DNA of 61,613 nt, from positions 1 to 61,613 of IMG/VR virus record IMGVR_UViG_3300032305_001973; one strand, 5' to 3'. Source of the stretch: a virus (taxonomy: Duplodnaviria; Caudoviricetes). This document shows positions 44,914 through 54,827 of this stretch, piece after piece. The stretch's first letter is position 1. Each line of letters opens with the position of its first letter. The notes under the pieces are model-generated. The model was given only the letters and a program-made list of their open reading frames with translations, was not told the DNA's origin and made no database searches. Both the position numbers and the translations under genes were made by a program.

Positions 44914-45588
44914 ATGAACGACCCCCGCATCATTGCCCTGTCTTCCAATCCAGGACAGGTTGAACCGGGCCCGTTTTCAGAGCACGAACTGCACGAGCAG
45001 TGGAACGCGCAGGCTGACGAGTTCAACCAATGGGAATCGCTGGATTCCGCCGAGCAGTTGGCCTGGGCTCAAACCCGCGCCATTGCTTCAGTTCAATTCC
45101 CTAGGCTTGCTCGCTTAATGCAAGAGCCCACTGCCTTTGAGCTTGGCGATCTACCTCCACCTGCTGCAGCCAAGCCAGTGAACCTAGCCGAGCTGCACGA
45201 CCCCGACTTCTCCGATGGCCTGACGCCAAGCCAGCACCTTGACGTGCTGCGTGGTGGGCCGGATCCTCGGGCTGCTGCCACGGCATCACCTGGGCTTCCT
45301 CCCCGCGTAGGCCACATCCTGCGGTTGGCCGAGATCATCAGAGAAGTGGACGGCAACCACGACCTCAGCGCTGCAGCCCTTGCTGAGGCGATCCTGGCGC
45401 ATCCTGGGTTCAGCGGCTGCCACGATGGCCCCGTGGCCTCGCCAGCGCAGGGGGAGGTGAATGAACTGGCGGCAGCGCTGGAGGCCGATGCAGAATGCGT
45501 GGCGGCCGAGCAACCCGACCTGATGCAGCTGACGGACAAGCAGCTTACCCGCATCGCCGAACTCTTGAAGTGCATCCCCCATGCTTGA
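44914..45588 (+). CDS. Mosaic hypothetical protein
   Basis: WNAQADEFNQWESL and LAEIIREVDGNHDL segments; CCACCACC leader. Confidence 0.65.
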   Translation: MNDPRIIALSSNPGQVEPGPFSEHELHEQWNAQADEFNQWESLDSAEQLAWAQTRAIASVQFPRLARLMQEPTAFELGDLPPPAAAKPVNLAELHDPDFSDGLTPSQHLDVLRGGPDPRAAATASPGLPPRVGHILRLAEIIREVDGNHDLSAAALAEAILAHPGFSGCHDGPVASPAQGEVNELAAALEADAECVAAEQPDLMQLTDKQLTRIAELLKCIPHA

Positions 45589-45910
45589 CGCCAACACCCC
45601 CGCCTTACGCCAGCAGTACCCCAACGGCGCCACCGTCTACGACCGCACCGGGCGCAGAATTGGCAATGTGTTCGCGTGCAACCCGGAGACAGGGGAGGCG
45701 ATCACCTACGACAGCAGCCAGCTAACGCGGGCATGGATTCGCCTTGTGAGCCGCCTCCCGCTGCAGCAGTGGTGGAGAGACGTGAGCATCTGCAAGCGCC
45801 ACGGCTTCTGGCCCGCGCCGCTAACGATCAGGGCGAACATGCCACCGCCACCTAGGCACCCGATGTGCCGGTGTATTTCCATAACGGCTCCTATACGGTG
45901 TCTTCAGTGA
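45581..45910 (+). CDS. Hypothetical protein
   Basis: Overlap-coupled 109-aa ORF. Confidence 0.55.
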   Translation: MLDANTPALRQQYPNGATVYDRTGRRIGNVFACNPETGEAITYDSSQLTRAWIRLVSRLPLQQWWRDVSICKRHGFWPAPLTIRANMPPPPRHPMCRCISITAPIRCLQ

Positions 45911-46197
45911 GCCACAACACTATCCCAGCCATTGACCGAACCATGCCAATGCAAACACCTGAGCAGTACCTGGAATGGTGCAAGCAACGGGCTTTAGACT
46001 TTTGTGATAGGGGTGACGCATTGGGAGCCTTGGCTTCAATGGTTAATGACACCAGAAGGGCAGGCTGCTTGGCAACAAGGGACGAGTTCCTTGTTTGGGG
46101 TAACCACTTACTGGAAAACGGGGGACTAAGGACGGCGGCAGACGTGCGAGATTTTATTATACGTTTCCCCATGGATCATTATAGAGTTTATCGCTGA
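45907..46197 (+). CDS. Hypothetical protein
   Basis: EQYLEWCKQRAL...ALASM; start uncertain. Confidence 0.55.
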   Translation: MSHNTIPAIDRTMPMQTPEQYLEWCKQRALDFCDRGDALGALASMVNDTRRAGCLATRDEFLVWGNHLLENGGLRTAADVRDFIIRFPMDHYRVYR

Positions 46198-46234
46198 TCC
46201 GGGCCCTCCGCCCATCACTCCCCTCGCCGCCACC

Positions 46235-46474
46235 ATGGACACCCCAGTTCTCCCCGCCGCTACTGAAGTTTCACTGCTTAGCGGCCCGAGTCACGGCAAA
46301 AAGGTCAGCATATACGGTCGTCCTTACGAGCTTTGGATTCCGAACGATGACCCACAAGTATTACCGTTATGTATTAGCCCAATGCCCTATTACAGAAGGG
46401 CTCAATGGGTAGCAATCTACATAAGAGTAGCAGACAAAAATCAATATAAATTCCTTGAGATGCGCCAAGTATGA
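46235..46474 (+). CDS. Hypothetical protein
   Basis: 79 aa with a CCACC-ATG leader; lower GC. Confidence 0.5.
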   Translation: MDTPVLPAATEVSLLSGPSHGKKVSIYGRPYELWIPNDDPQVLPLCISPMPYYRRAQWVAIYIRVADKNQYKFLEMRQV

Positions 46475-46486
46475 ACCTGCTTCTGA

Positions 46487-47626
46487 TCACCCCCTAGCCG
46501 CCGCCCTCCTAGCGGCTAGATCTCCTATCGCTTCGCTGAACGTCCGCCCATCCTGCGGGGCATTCAACGGTGCCGAGGGCGGAATGCTGCGCTTGCGATC
46601 GGGAAACAGATACCGCTCACTGGCCGTTGGTGTCGTCAGCGCCCGCTGTAGCAGCTCCCGCGCCTTCTCCTCACTGATCCCCTCGGCCTTGGCCAGTGCC
46701 CGCACGCCTGCCGCCTGCTCCTCCCGCCAGAACTCACCATCGAGCAAGGTGTCACGAATCACCGCATCCTCTTCCAGTACCTCATTGGCAGGCACCGGAA
46801 CCGGTGTGCAGCGGCACTGCGGGTGGGCAGGGATCACCACCTGATCTGCCGGGAAGATCTGCCCATGGCGGCTGAGACACCACCGACAGGCCCGCTCATC
46901 GGTGGCAGCAACCCACCGAATGAACGCGTAGCCCTCCTTCAGGTTGTGATCAATCGCCCCCTTCACGTAGGCATTGGCCAGCTCTGATCGAGCGATCACC
47001 TCAGCCCGCTGCCTGAGCCCCATGCGGGCCGTCTTGCCGGTGGGGTCGGTTGTGCCTTCCAGTGCCCCGAGGATCTGCCGTTCCAGCCGCCTGGAGCCCC
47101 AGCCACGGGCTACCCCCTCGCTGACGATCTGGGCGATCTGATCACGGAACCGGGCAGACTCGCCCTGCATGAAGGCGGTGGCCGCCTGCGTGGCAGCTCT
47201 GATCGCCAGCGGATTGGCACCGGCATAGGTGGCGGTGGCACCGGTCACAATGGTCTGCAGTGCTGCAGCCGCCTCACCACCAACGGATAGGGCCTCAACT
47301 AGATCGGTGGTGAACCGCCGCTGCCAGGCTGCGATCTCCTCAGGCGGTAGGAACTGCTGAGCATCCCGCAGGATGGCCTGATATTTGGCGGTCGCCTCGC
47401 CAGAGCTGTAGGCACCGGGAGCTCTGATCGGGTTCCCCTCGGGGTCCAGGGCCTCGGGGCCCACGGCATTCAGGTAGGCGGCGTAATGCCGCTTCAGGTC
47501 GCCTAGGACGCGATCCAGGGCGGTGCGAAGCATGGCGGTGGTGTTCTCCACCATCCGCCCCTCCAGCTCGTCAAGGATGGCGGCGTAGCTGTCAACGCTG
47601 CGGATTATGCGGTCGCCCTGGGCCAT
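46487..47626 (-). CDS. MuF/SPP1 gp7-like minor head protein
   Basis: RAEVIARSE...WVAATDERACRWC...HG...PAHPQCRC. Confidence 0.88.
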   Translation of the reverse strand: MAQGDRIIRSVDSYAAILDELEGRMVENTTAMLRTALDRVLGDLKRHYAAYLNAVGPEALDPEGNPIRAPGAYSSGEATAKYQAILRDAQQFLPPEEIAAWQRRFTTDLVEALSVGGEAAAALQTIVTGATATYAGANPLAIRAATQAATAFMQGESARFRDQIAQIVSEGVARGWGSRRLERQILGALEGTTDPTGKTARMGLRQRAEVIARSELANAYVKGAIDHNLKEGYAFIRWVAATDERACRWCLSRHGQIFPADQVVIPAHPQCRCTPVPVPANEVLEEDAVIRDTLLDGEFWREEQAAGVRALAKAEGISEEKARELLQRALTTPTASERYLFPDRKRSIPPSAPLNAPQDGRTFSEAIGDLAARRAAARG

Positions 47627-47766
47627 TGGTTACGGCCGTGGGAAGTACAGCAAAAGAGCGATACCGGCCACAATCATTCCACCCGATAAGGCAAAATCAA
47701 ATCGGGTTCCGTTAGCAAGGAACAATCCCCAGCAGCCGCCAACGACAAGGCTGATAAATGAGTATT

Positions 47767-47940
47767 TCACTCGCCCACCACACAGTCACCTTCCTCCTCA
47801 CCGTCAGAATCGTCATCAAAGCTGGCGAGCACCAGTTCCTGCTTGGCCAGTTCCAGCACACCGACCACCTCAAACAAGCTGCACAGGGATTCGGAGATGG
47901 CTGCGCTGATCGCTTCGTAAAGCTGTTCCGCTGAAGTCAT
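47767..47940 (-). CDS. Small acidic protein
   Basis: MTSAEQLYEAI...VVGVLELAKQEL, preceded by GGAAAGCT. Confidence 0.5.
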   Translation of the reverse strand: MTSAEQLYEAISAAISESLCSLFEVVGVLELAKQELVLASFDDDSDGEEEGDCVVGE

Positions 47941-47972
47941 GGTGACTCTGTGGCTACGGCTTAGCTTTCCGC

Positions 47973-49481
47973 TCACGCTGCCGTCGGCTGCGATTCATCC
48001 AGCGGTGTGCTCATATCCAGCGGCGTGGTCGTGTCGCTCCGCCCTGGCGTTGGTGCCCCCAGCGTCGGCCGCTCCCTGCGGATCCGCTCCATCTCATCTT
48101 CCACGTTGCTCGTCGCACTGTTGAACCCACCGCGCTGCAGCTCCTCTACCGCGCTCTCCTGGCTGATCAGCGGCTCACCACCGGTTAGGTCCATCAGTGC
48201 CTTGGCACCCTGCGCATCGAGCGGCGGGACAAAGGCGTTCTCGTCCATCGTGAGGCCAGCACCTACAGGTAGCTCCTCCCCGGTGTAGATGCACCAGATC
48301 GCCAGGATGGACTGCATCACGGACCGCTTACGCGCGCCCATCGCTTTAATGCTCACCTGCGTCCTGCCGCCCTCAAGCTGCGCCTGGGTGGCAGTCTTGG
48401 TGATCTTGCTGTCACCGCTGAGGAAGCCCAGCAGCTGCTGATTGATCAGCTCAACCACTTCCTTAATCTGTTCCCGTTGTTCGGCTAGAGATGTGGCTTC
48501 GGGTTCTGACCAATAGAACTTCCCACCTTTTTCTAGCCTGATGACGCTGTTGGGACCGATAACCAATGGCCTTTCCGGTTGGCCTGGACCAACTGGGATG
48601 CCACCCTCCTCAACCGGCACCGGCATGGCGCACTTATGGGTTTTCTCCTCCAGGTCGCTGGACTTCCGAAAGTGCTGGAAGCAGTGCTCTACTACCTGCC
48701 GCAATGGCTGCCCACCTTTGCCGAACCCGGCCTTCTCGGCTGGATACCAAACTACCGGGCAGATCGGCAGCGGCTTTTGCTTGGCGTCCAGGTATTGGCC
48801 ATTGCTCACCTCGTCAATAGTTAGCCTGCCGTCTTGCTGCTTGGTCAGCTTGTACAGCGTCCACTTCCCTGCCTCGATCACCCTATAGCGCTCCTCATAG
48901 ATCACCCCATAATCGCCGTCAGGGGAATCAACCTCAGCCCATTCCAGGAACGTGCAGCGGCTCACAACCTCCACCGAATTGATGATGGCGGTCCGCCAAT
49001 TCAGGCACGTTGACCGTGTGCGGCTGACCAGATACGGGCGCCGCTTCAGTGCAGCCTCGCTGGCCCCATCGGTAGGCTGACCATCGGGCATCTCCACCAG
49101 GACCGGCACCCCGCCATCTCGAAGGCATAGGGCATCCACGCTGAGCCACCACGCCTCAAGGCTGTTGCCCTCTAGGTCAATGTTGTCCATCGCCTTCTCA
49201 AAGGTCGGCGGTGGGTTCACCAGGTCGCTGCGCGACAACACCCCCGCAAAGGCTTCGATACCAGCCCTGAAGAAGTCGGCGAACACCGCACGGCCCAGCC
49301 TTCCCTCATAGGCATTAGGCGGTTCCGCTGGTTCGGCTGGCAAATACTTACGCTTGGTCCCCTCACCCTTCAGGCAATACCAGGCGTCATACGCTCGCTC
49401 CAGATCCTCGGCGTGCTCCCTCAGGATCGGATGCCGGAACGATGGCAGCTTCGGGTCGGTTCCAGGATGTTCAGAATGCAC
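47973..49481 (-). CDS. Portal protein (DUF4055-like)
   Basis: YLPAEPAEPPNAYEGRLGRA...NIDLEGNSL...KTATQA; 502 aa, between TerL and MuF. Confidence 0.85.
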   Translation of the reverse strand: MHSEHPGTDPKLPSFRHPILREHAEDLERAYDAWYCLKGEGTKRKYLPAEPAEPPNAYEGRLGRAVFADFFRAGIEAFAGVLSRSDLVNPPPTFEKAMDNIDLEGNSLEAWWLSVDALCLRDGGVPVLVEMPDGQPTDGASEAALKRRPYLVSRTRSTCLNWRTAIINSVEVVSRCTFLEWAEVDSPDGDYGVIYEERYRVIEAGKWTLYKLTKQQDGRLTIDEVSNGQYLDAKQKPLPICPVVWYPAEKAGFGKGGQPLRQVVEHCFQHFRKSSDLEEKTHKCAMPVPVEEGGIPVGPGQPERPLVIGPNSVIRLEKGGKFYWSEPEATSLAEQREQIKEVVELINQQLLGFLSGDSKITKTATQAQLEGGRTQVSIKAMGARKRSVMQSILAIWCIYTGEELPVGAGLTMDENAFVPPLDAQGAKALMDLTGGEPLISQESAVEELQRGGFNSATSNVEDEMERIRRERPTLGAPTPGRSDTTTPLDMSTPLDESQPTAA

Positions 49482-49518
49482 CGCCGCCCGATCTTTGCCT
49501 GCTAGTGGAGCTTTCCGC

Positions 49519-50433
49519 TTAGAGCTTCACCGCCTTGGGATGGGGCTTGCGGCGTTGGAACAGGGACGGCTGCACCACCTCGACCGGTGCGGGCCTGGGC
49601 TGACGGGGGCGCCGCTCACGAGGCACGGGTGCGACAGTGGCAACGTCGAGCCCTAGCAGCCCCTGACGAAACTGCTCCAGGGTGCGTCCCCGTAGCTGGG
49701 TCTTCAGGCGGTTGTGGAACTGAATCATCGGCCCCGAGGGATAGGCCCGCTTGAATGGATCAGTCGCCCACCGCTCTAGGAGGCCACGATCAGCGGGACG
49801 CAGGTTGGCAAAGGCTGCATCGGTGAGGGCATAGAGCGCGGGGGCAAGGGCTGCCTCGGTGGCCTGTGGCTGGTGCAAGCTGAACAGGGTCAGCTCGTCT
49901 TCCAGCTCCACCGTGCCGACCATGCCGCCAAGCATCTCGGTGATCTCGTCTTCAGTGAACACCGGCAGGGCCTCGACAACCTGGGCGAGCGTCTGCCCCT
50001 CGGCTAGCAGCCTCCTCACCTTGGGATAATGCTCACGCCACTTTGATGGCATCTTCACGTCGTAGCCGTGGTCCCTGATGTGGTGCTTGATGGCCCCCTC
50101 GATGAACATGCACACGCAGGTTGAGAGGGCATAGGGGCGATCTGTGGCGGGGTTGATCCTGTGCGGGTCATAGCGGCGGCACCCGTTGATCAGCCCCTCC
50201 AGGGCGGGACCAATGAAGTCGTCAAACGGCCTACTGCAGCGGCGGGACCACTTAGCAGCGGCTGCCTCAGCTAGCCCCTGGTTCTCGACAATCAGCCGCT
50301 CGGATAGTTCAGTGCGCGGTGGTGCTCCAACTTTGGCCGGTTGCTCCAGTGGCGCACCCGTACGCTCCCGTCGCCTGCGCTTAGGGGGCTCCAGGAGGGT
50401 ATCGGTGGGCTGTGGCGTGAGAGTGGTAGTCAT
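49519..50433 (-). CDS. Phage-encoded sigma70-family RNA polymerase sigma factor
   Basis: Region 2: LIVENQGLAEAAAAKW...DDFIGPALEGLINGCRRYDP...LSTCVCMFIEGAIKHHIRDHG..VKMP. Confidence 0.8.
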   Translation of the reverse strand: MTTTLTPQPTDTLLEPPKRRRRERTGAPLEQPAKVGAPPRTELSERLIVENQGLAEAAAAKWSRRCSRPFDDFIGPALEGLINGCRRYDPHRINPATDRPYALSTCVCMFIEGAIKHHIRDHGYDVKMPSKWREHYPKVRRLLAEGQTLAQVVEALPVFTEDEITEMLGGMVGTVELEDELTLFSLHQPQATEAALAPALYALTDAAFANLRPADRGLLERWATDPFKRAYPSGPMIQFHNRLKTQLRGRTLEQFRQGLLGLDVATVAPVPRERRPRQPRPAPVEVVQPSLFQRRKPHPKAVKL

Positions 50434-52004
50434 CGGAAACCGGGGATAGCGGACCGCCGCCGGGGTGGTGGGGTCTCCGGCTGCTGCAGCAGTGCGGTGG
50501 AGCCGTGGCCGTAGGTGGCGGTGCTCACCCGCATGGGGCCGGTGCTCGCGCAGAAGTTCAGTGCCTGCGTGGTTTCATCCACAAGGTCATCAAAGGTGCC
50601 CGATGGGAAGGCCATCACCTGTCCCACGTACTCGCTTAGCCATGGGGAATGACGCGGCAGGAACACACGGCCCTGGCGGAACATCACTGAAGCGGCCTCA
50701 GCCCGTGCCACCTTGCCGCCGAGGGGGTTGACGGCATGGACGGCATAGGCCGCCTCGCGCTTGAGTGTGTCGATGATCGCTGGGCCGTTAGCCTTGTCTT
50801 CGATAAGCAGCTCATTGAATTTCCACACCGGCTGCAGGCGGCGCAGCATGTCGAGAGTGTCGGTAAAGCCCATGCGGCGGTTCACCTGATCGACCCGGAA
50901 CATGCCCTCCTGCGTCTGCAGCCATAGGCCGATACCCACCATGTCGGACCCTGCCGAATCCTTAAAGGTGGCGTCCACTGATGCCAGTTTGCGGATGCCG
51001 TATTCGGGCAGCACTACATCACCTTCCTCCCCTTTCTGGCCAGGCAGCACGTAGAACCGCAGGGTGTCGCGGCTGAAGATGGTTCCGGCGCTTTCGGTTG
51101 GGGCCTGCTGGTAGATCGCCTCCCAGTCACGGCGGGGCGTATTGGCCCGCTTGCGCTCGATCCATGCCTCATCAAAGCGGGTCGGGTCAAGGGCCTGGCC
51201 AGGCTCGCGGTCGTCCTGCTCACGGGTGACCGTGCGCGGCAGGGGTTTGATCGCGTTGGCAGGGGTGGCCTCGATCGGCATTGAAACCACATGCCAGGGC
51301 TCGCATTGGGCCGTGAGCCCCTCCTTCTCCAGTTCCTCGTTCTTGGTCAGCAGGTAACCGATCAGGTCATTGCTGTGCCAGCGGGTGTGAACAATCACCA
51401 CGGCATTGCCCGGTTCTTCCCGTGTGCTCAGCACCGAATCCCACCATGAATGAACCTGACGGCGCCAGGCGGCCGAGTCGGCCATCTCGCGGGATTTGAT
51501 CGGGTCATCCACCACGATCAGATCGCCAGGGTTGCCGGTGCCTCCTCCCACGCCAGCAGTCCAGAGGCCACCGATGCCGCTGGTTCCCCACTTCTTCACG
51601 CCACCTGAGGTAGGCGAGAGGGCGCCACCGGAAGCGGTGAAGTAGTCACGAGCGTCTTGGCTGAACCCCTCGGCGAGGGTGGCGGTATGGCAGCCGATGC
51701 CGACTGAGCGGTTCGGGTAGCGGCGCAGGAAGTAACCAGGCAGGAAGATCGAAAAGATGGTGCTTTTGTAATGGCGCGGTGGAAGCTCCACCATCAGGCG
51801 GCGGATCTCCCCATCAGCGACACGCTGACCAAGGGCGACTAGGCGGTGGGTGTGGTCGCTCCAGGGGAAGCTGGGGCAGACCGAACAGATGTACTCCTTA
51901 AAGGTGCCGGCGATGGGGGCCTGGGTCTTACTGGCGTTGGCATCGCGCTCCAGCTCCAGCACGGCGAGGCGCGAGGAGGGGTCAGGGGCGCGGATGGGGG
52001 TCAT
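50430..52004 (-). CDS. terL: Terminase large subunit
   Basis: ELPPRHYKS (Walker A), IVVDDP (Walker B), SVDATFK, IEDKANG, FPSGTFDDLVD. Confidence 0.95.
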   Translation of the reverse strand: MTPIRAPDPSSRLAVLELERDANASKTQAPIAGTFKEYICSVCPSFPWSDHTHRLVALGQRVADGEIRRLMVELPPRHYKSTIFSIFLPGYFLRRYPNRSVGIGCHTATLAEGFSQDARDYFTASGGALSPTSGGVKKWGTSGIGGLWTAGVGGGTGNPGDLIVVDDPIKSREMADSAAWRRQVHSWWDSVLSTREEPGNAVVIVHTRWHSNDLIGYLLTKNEELEKEGLTAQCEPWHVVSMPIEATPANAIKPLPRTVTREQDDREPGQALDPTRFDEAWIERKRANTPRRDWEAIYQQAPTESAGTIFSRDTLRFYVLPGQKGEEGDVVLPEYGIRKLASVDATFKDSAGSDMVGIGLWLQTQEGMFRVDQVNRRMGFTDTLDMLRRLQPVWKFNELLIEDKANGPAIIDTLKREAAYAVHAVNPLGGKVARAEAASVMFRQGRVFLPRHSPWLSEYVGQVMAFPSGTFDDLVDETTQALNFCASTGPMRVSTATYGHGSTALLQQPETPPPRRRSAIPGFR

Positions 52005-52963
52005 GCGGCCACCCCGGCAAACACGTCGGGCTGATGCCCAGCCGCCTGGGCCCTGCTGATCCGCTGCTTGGCGATGGCGTGGTAGTCCGGGTTGATCTCG
52101 CTGCCTTCAAAGTCGCGGCCAAGCAACAGCGCTTGCTCAGCGACCGTGCCGCTTCCTGTGAACGGGTCATAGACCACGCCACCCCTAGGACAACCGGCCA
52201 GGATGCACGGCTTTACCAAGTCGGGCGGCATGACAGCAAAATGCGCCCCGTGAAATGGCTTTGTTGCAACGGTCCAGACGTCGCGGCGGTTGCGTGTGTC
52301 GCCTGCGCCTACGTCTTTCATCTGCCTGTCGTCTCTATTTGCAGGTCCGCCCTCGCTATCAAGAAAGTGCCCCTGCCCCCTAAAGGCGCTTTTTCCGCCC
52401 TTGCCCTTTGGCGCCCATGGCTCAGTTGAGCCGCGACCGCCACTCATTGGGGCCCCGCGCTCGCCTCCTTGCCGCCCCGCAAACCCATTGCCTGCAGGCT
52501 CACTGCTGACTGCCGGCTCTTTGATCGCCTCAAAGTCGTAGTAATACCGCGCTGATTTCGATAACAGAAACACGTACTCATGCGCCTTGGTGCAGCGATC
52601 CGTCACGCTCTCAGGCATCGGGTTAGGTTTGTGCCAGATAATGTCTTGCCGCAGATACCAGCCGTCAGCCTGCAACGCGAATGCAACGCGCCAAGGGATG
52701 CCGGCAAGGCTTTTGTTTGCGTAGCTGTCTCCCAGGTTCAACCACAGCGTTCCGTCATCCCGCAGCACCCGCCGCAGATCTTGAAACACTCCCGCCAAGC
52801 GGGCCACGTACTCTTCCGGTGTGGCCTCCAGGCCGATCTGGCCATCGTGGCCATAGTCTCGCAGCCCCCAGTACGGCGGGCTGGTGACGCAGCAATTCAC
52901 CGACGCATCCGGCATGGTGCGAAGCACGTCGAGGCAGTCGCCAAGGTGCAGGGTGCTGCTCAT
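52001..52963 (-). CDS. N4-cytosine/N6-adenine DNA methyltransferase (beta class)
   Basis: TSPPYWGLRDY before DPFTGSGT; IIWHKPNPMPES. Confidence 0.92.
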   Translation of the reverse strand: MSSTLHLGDCLDVLRTMPDASVNCCVTSPPYWGLRDYGHDGQIGLEATPEEYVARLAGVFQDLRRVLRDDGTLWLNLGDSYANKSLAGIPWRVAFALQADGWYLRQDIIWHKPNPMPESVTDRCTKAHEYVFLLSKSARYYYDFEAIKEPAVSSEPAGNGFAGRQGGERGAPMSGGRGSTEPWAPKGKGGKSAFRGQGHFLDSEGGPANRDDRQMKDVGAGDTRNRRDVWTVATKPFHGAHFAVMPPDLVKPCILAGCPRGGVVYDPFTGSGTVAEQALLLGRDFEGSEINPDYHAIAKQRISRAQAAGHQPDVFAGVAA

Positions 52964-53196
52964 CCCACCGGCCCCACGCGATACACCTCCCAATAGGCGC
53001 CGGGCCCTGGGTGGTCCGTAACCTCAATCAACTGATGCTCACGCAATGCCGCAATCCGCCTACTCACGGTGGACTGCGAGCACCGCCACCGAGTCATCAT
53101 CTCAGCGGTAGTAATCTCCGGGACAATGCCTGCCCGGATGCGCATATCCAGCCATTCGGCCAGCTCCAGGCAATCAAGCAGGGTGCCTTCACTCAC
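52960..53196 (-). CDS. Small winged-HTH protein
   Basis: TTAEMMTRWRCSQSTVSRRIAALREHQLI; start uncertain. Confidence 0.55.
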   Translation of the reverse strand: MSEGTLLDCLELAEWLDMRIRAGIVPEITTAEMMTRWRCSQSTVSRRIAALREHQLIEVTDHPGPGAYWEVYRVGPVG

Positions 53197-53230
53197 GTAG
53201 GGCCGTCGTGCCAACAGGGGGCGGCCAGGG

Positions 53231-53725
53231 TCACGGTTCCCCCTCGTCTGCAGGTGGCGTCCCGAGGCCACGGGCCTGGATCTGCAACAGCACCCGCCGT
53301 TCATCGTCTGGGGTGAGCCCAGCAGAGGCAAGGGCATCCATCACCGTGGCGATGGTCTTGCGCTCTACGCGGCGATCGGCGGCAGCATCAGACCACGTTT
53401 CTCGTGTCGTGGGGTTGTGGGTCAACCACCATTGGGCATCACGAGGATCAAGTGATCCTGTGATGATTTTGATTGCGCGAATTTCTGCTAGATGACGCCC
53501 TTCCTGGATAGCAGCCAGAAACTGGTTTTCCAGTTCGGAGCCGATGCCTTGTTCCGCTTTTAGCATCCATGCCTTAATAGTGCTGATCGATGCCTTGCAA
53601 GCCCTGGCAACGGTGTCCAAAGCGCCACCCTGCTCAGAGATGTCCCGAGCGGTCTGGACCACCTCTGCAGTGAGCTTGCTTGGGCGGCCAGCAGGCACGG
53701 GTAGCGCGGCGTTGCGGTCGCCCAT
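53231..53725 (-). CDS. terS: Terminase small subunit (putative)
   Basis: GRPSKLTAE...HTH (VARACKASISTIKAW)...AQWWL; upstream of terL. Confidence 0.7.
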   Translation of the reverse strand: MGDRNAALPVPAGRPSKLTAEVVQTARDISEQGGALDTVARACKASISTIKAWMLKAEQGIGSELENQFLAAIQEGRHLAEIRAIKIITGSLDPRDAQWWLTHNPTTRETWSDAAADRRVERKTIATVMDALASAGLTPDDERRVLLQIQARGLGTPPADEGEP

Positions 53726-53762
53726 AGTCTAAGCCATAATTGCCGTTTGGGAACGGCAACGG

Positions 53763-54278
53763 CTACCCACGCGATGAAGTCACAGCGGTATCCCCGTTGT
53801 ATCTTCCGACCTCGGCATAGGACGCAAGGGGGGTGGAGTCCATGCGCAGAAACTTCATCTGCCCGATCCTGAGGCCTGGGTAGATGCCAACCCAGTGGAG
53901 CTGCCTCACGTTTTTCAGCTCCAGGGTGAGGCGTGAGCCGTTCCAACCGGGGTCGCACCATCCGGCTAACAGGTGCTGTAGGCCTTCGCGGGCGCGGGAC
54001 GATTTGAGCACGAACTGTGCGGCGATGCACTTAGGCAGGTTGAAGATGGGCTCCCCCTCTGCAAGCACAAATTGCCCCGGCACCATGCGGTAGGGGACGT
54101 CTGCGGTGTGGTGGGCCATGCTGTAGGGCACAAGGCCGGGCCCCTCGCTGGACTCGATCAGGATGTTCGAGCCCAGGCGAAGGTCCAGGCTTGCAGGGTT
54201 GAGGAGGGCGGGTTCAAAGGGGGTGACCATGCCGGCTTCGCATAGGGCACGGATCTGGAAGTCAGCGAGAACGGTCAT
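53763..54278 (-). CDS. dcd: dCTP deaminase
   Basis: NPASLDLRLG, KSSRAREG, AGWCDPGWNG, LTLEL, IGQMKF. Confidence 0.92.
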   Translation of the reverse strand: MTVLADFQIRALCEAGMVTPFEPALLNPASLDLRLGSNILIESSEGPGLVPYSMAHHTADVPYRMVPGQFVLAEGEPIFNLPKCIAAQFVLKSSRAREGLQHLLAGWCDPGWNGSRLTLELKNVRQLHWVGIYPGLRIGQMKFLRMDSTPLASYAEVGRYNGDTAVTSSRG

Positions 54279-54523
54279 TTGATGGGTTCGTAGATGGTGC
54301 GGGCTTGGTGCTGGGCGATCTGGCGGAGGTCCGTCCAGAACGGTGCTTCGTGATCGGCGGGGAGGATCAGTGCCTCGGGGGTGCCGTTGGTGGAGCGGAC
54401 CTTGAGGATGCGGAGGCCCCAGCCGGGGCGCTTGGGGGTGGTCATGGTGTCAGACATTGCCATCGCTCTTCTGGAACTGCTCGCCATCGGAGCCCCGGAA
54501 ACGATCGTCCGTTCCCCATCCAT
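54275..54523 (-). CDS. Hypothetical protein (start uncertain)
   Basis: Coupled to dcd. Confidence 0.45.
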   Translation of the reverse strand: MDGERTIVSGAPMASSSRRAMAMSDTMTTPKRPGWGLRILKVRSTNGTPEALILPADHEAPFWTDLRQIAQHQARTIYEPIK

Positions 54524-54527
54524 TGCG

Positions 54528-54827
54528 CTAGTACTCCATCAGGAACACCAGGCAGCAGCCGGCGTGGGCTAGATGGCTCAGGCCGGTTTCAGGGTCGAGA
54601 TCTTGGCCGCGCCACCAAGCGAACAGGTGCCTAAGCAGAGCGGCGTAGTACCTGCCCCAGCGGGCACCTCGGCACCAGTTGTTGGCGCCGTACTTGCTGG
54701 CCCCGAAGGTCAGCACCTCCGCGATGGCTTCCATTGCTGGTGGCGGCAGCAGGTCAAGGCGAGGCTTGCTCGCGCTTTCGGCGGATTTACGAGCTTCGCC
54801 TTGGGGCTCTTCAAAATGCTCAACCAT
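54528..54827 (-). CDS. dATP/dGTP diphosphohydrolase-domain protein (DUF5664-like)
   Basis: KPRLDLLP...VLTFGASKYGANNW...AALLRHLFAW..GQDLDPETGLSHLAHA. Confidence 0.8.
   Translation of the reverse strand: MVEHFEEPQGEARKSAESASKPRLDLLPPPAMEAIAEVLTFGASKYGANNWCRGARWGRYYAALLRHLFAWWRGQDLDPETGLSHLAHAGCCLVFLMEY

Noticed and set aside
54528-54827. 2-aminoadenine (Z) genome pathway suggested by the diphosphohydrolase
   Set aside because: No purZ and no family A DNA polymerase are visible in the window.
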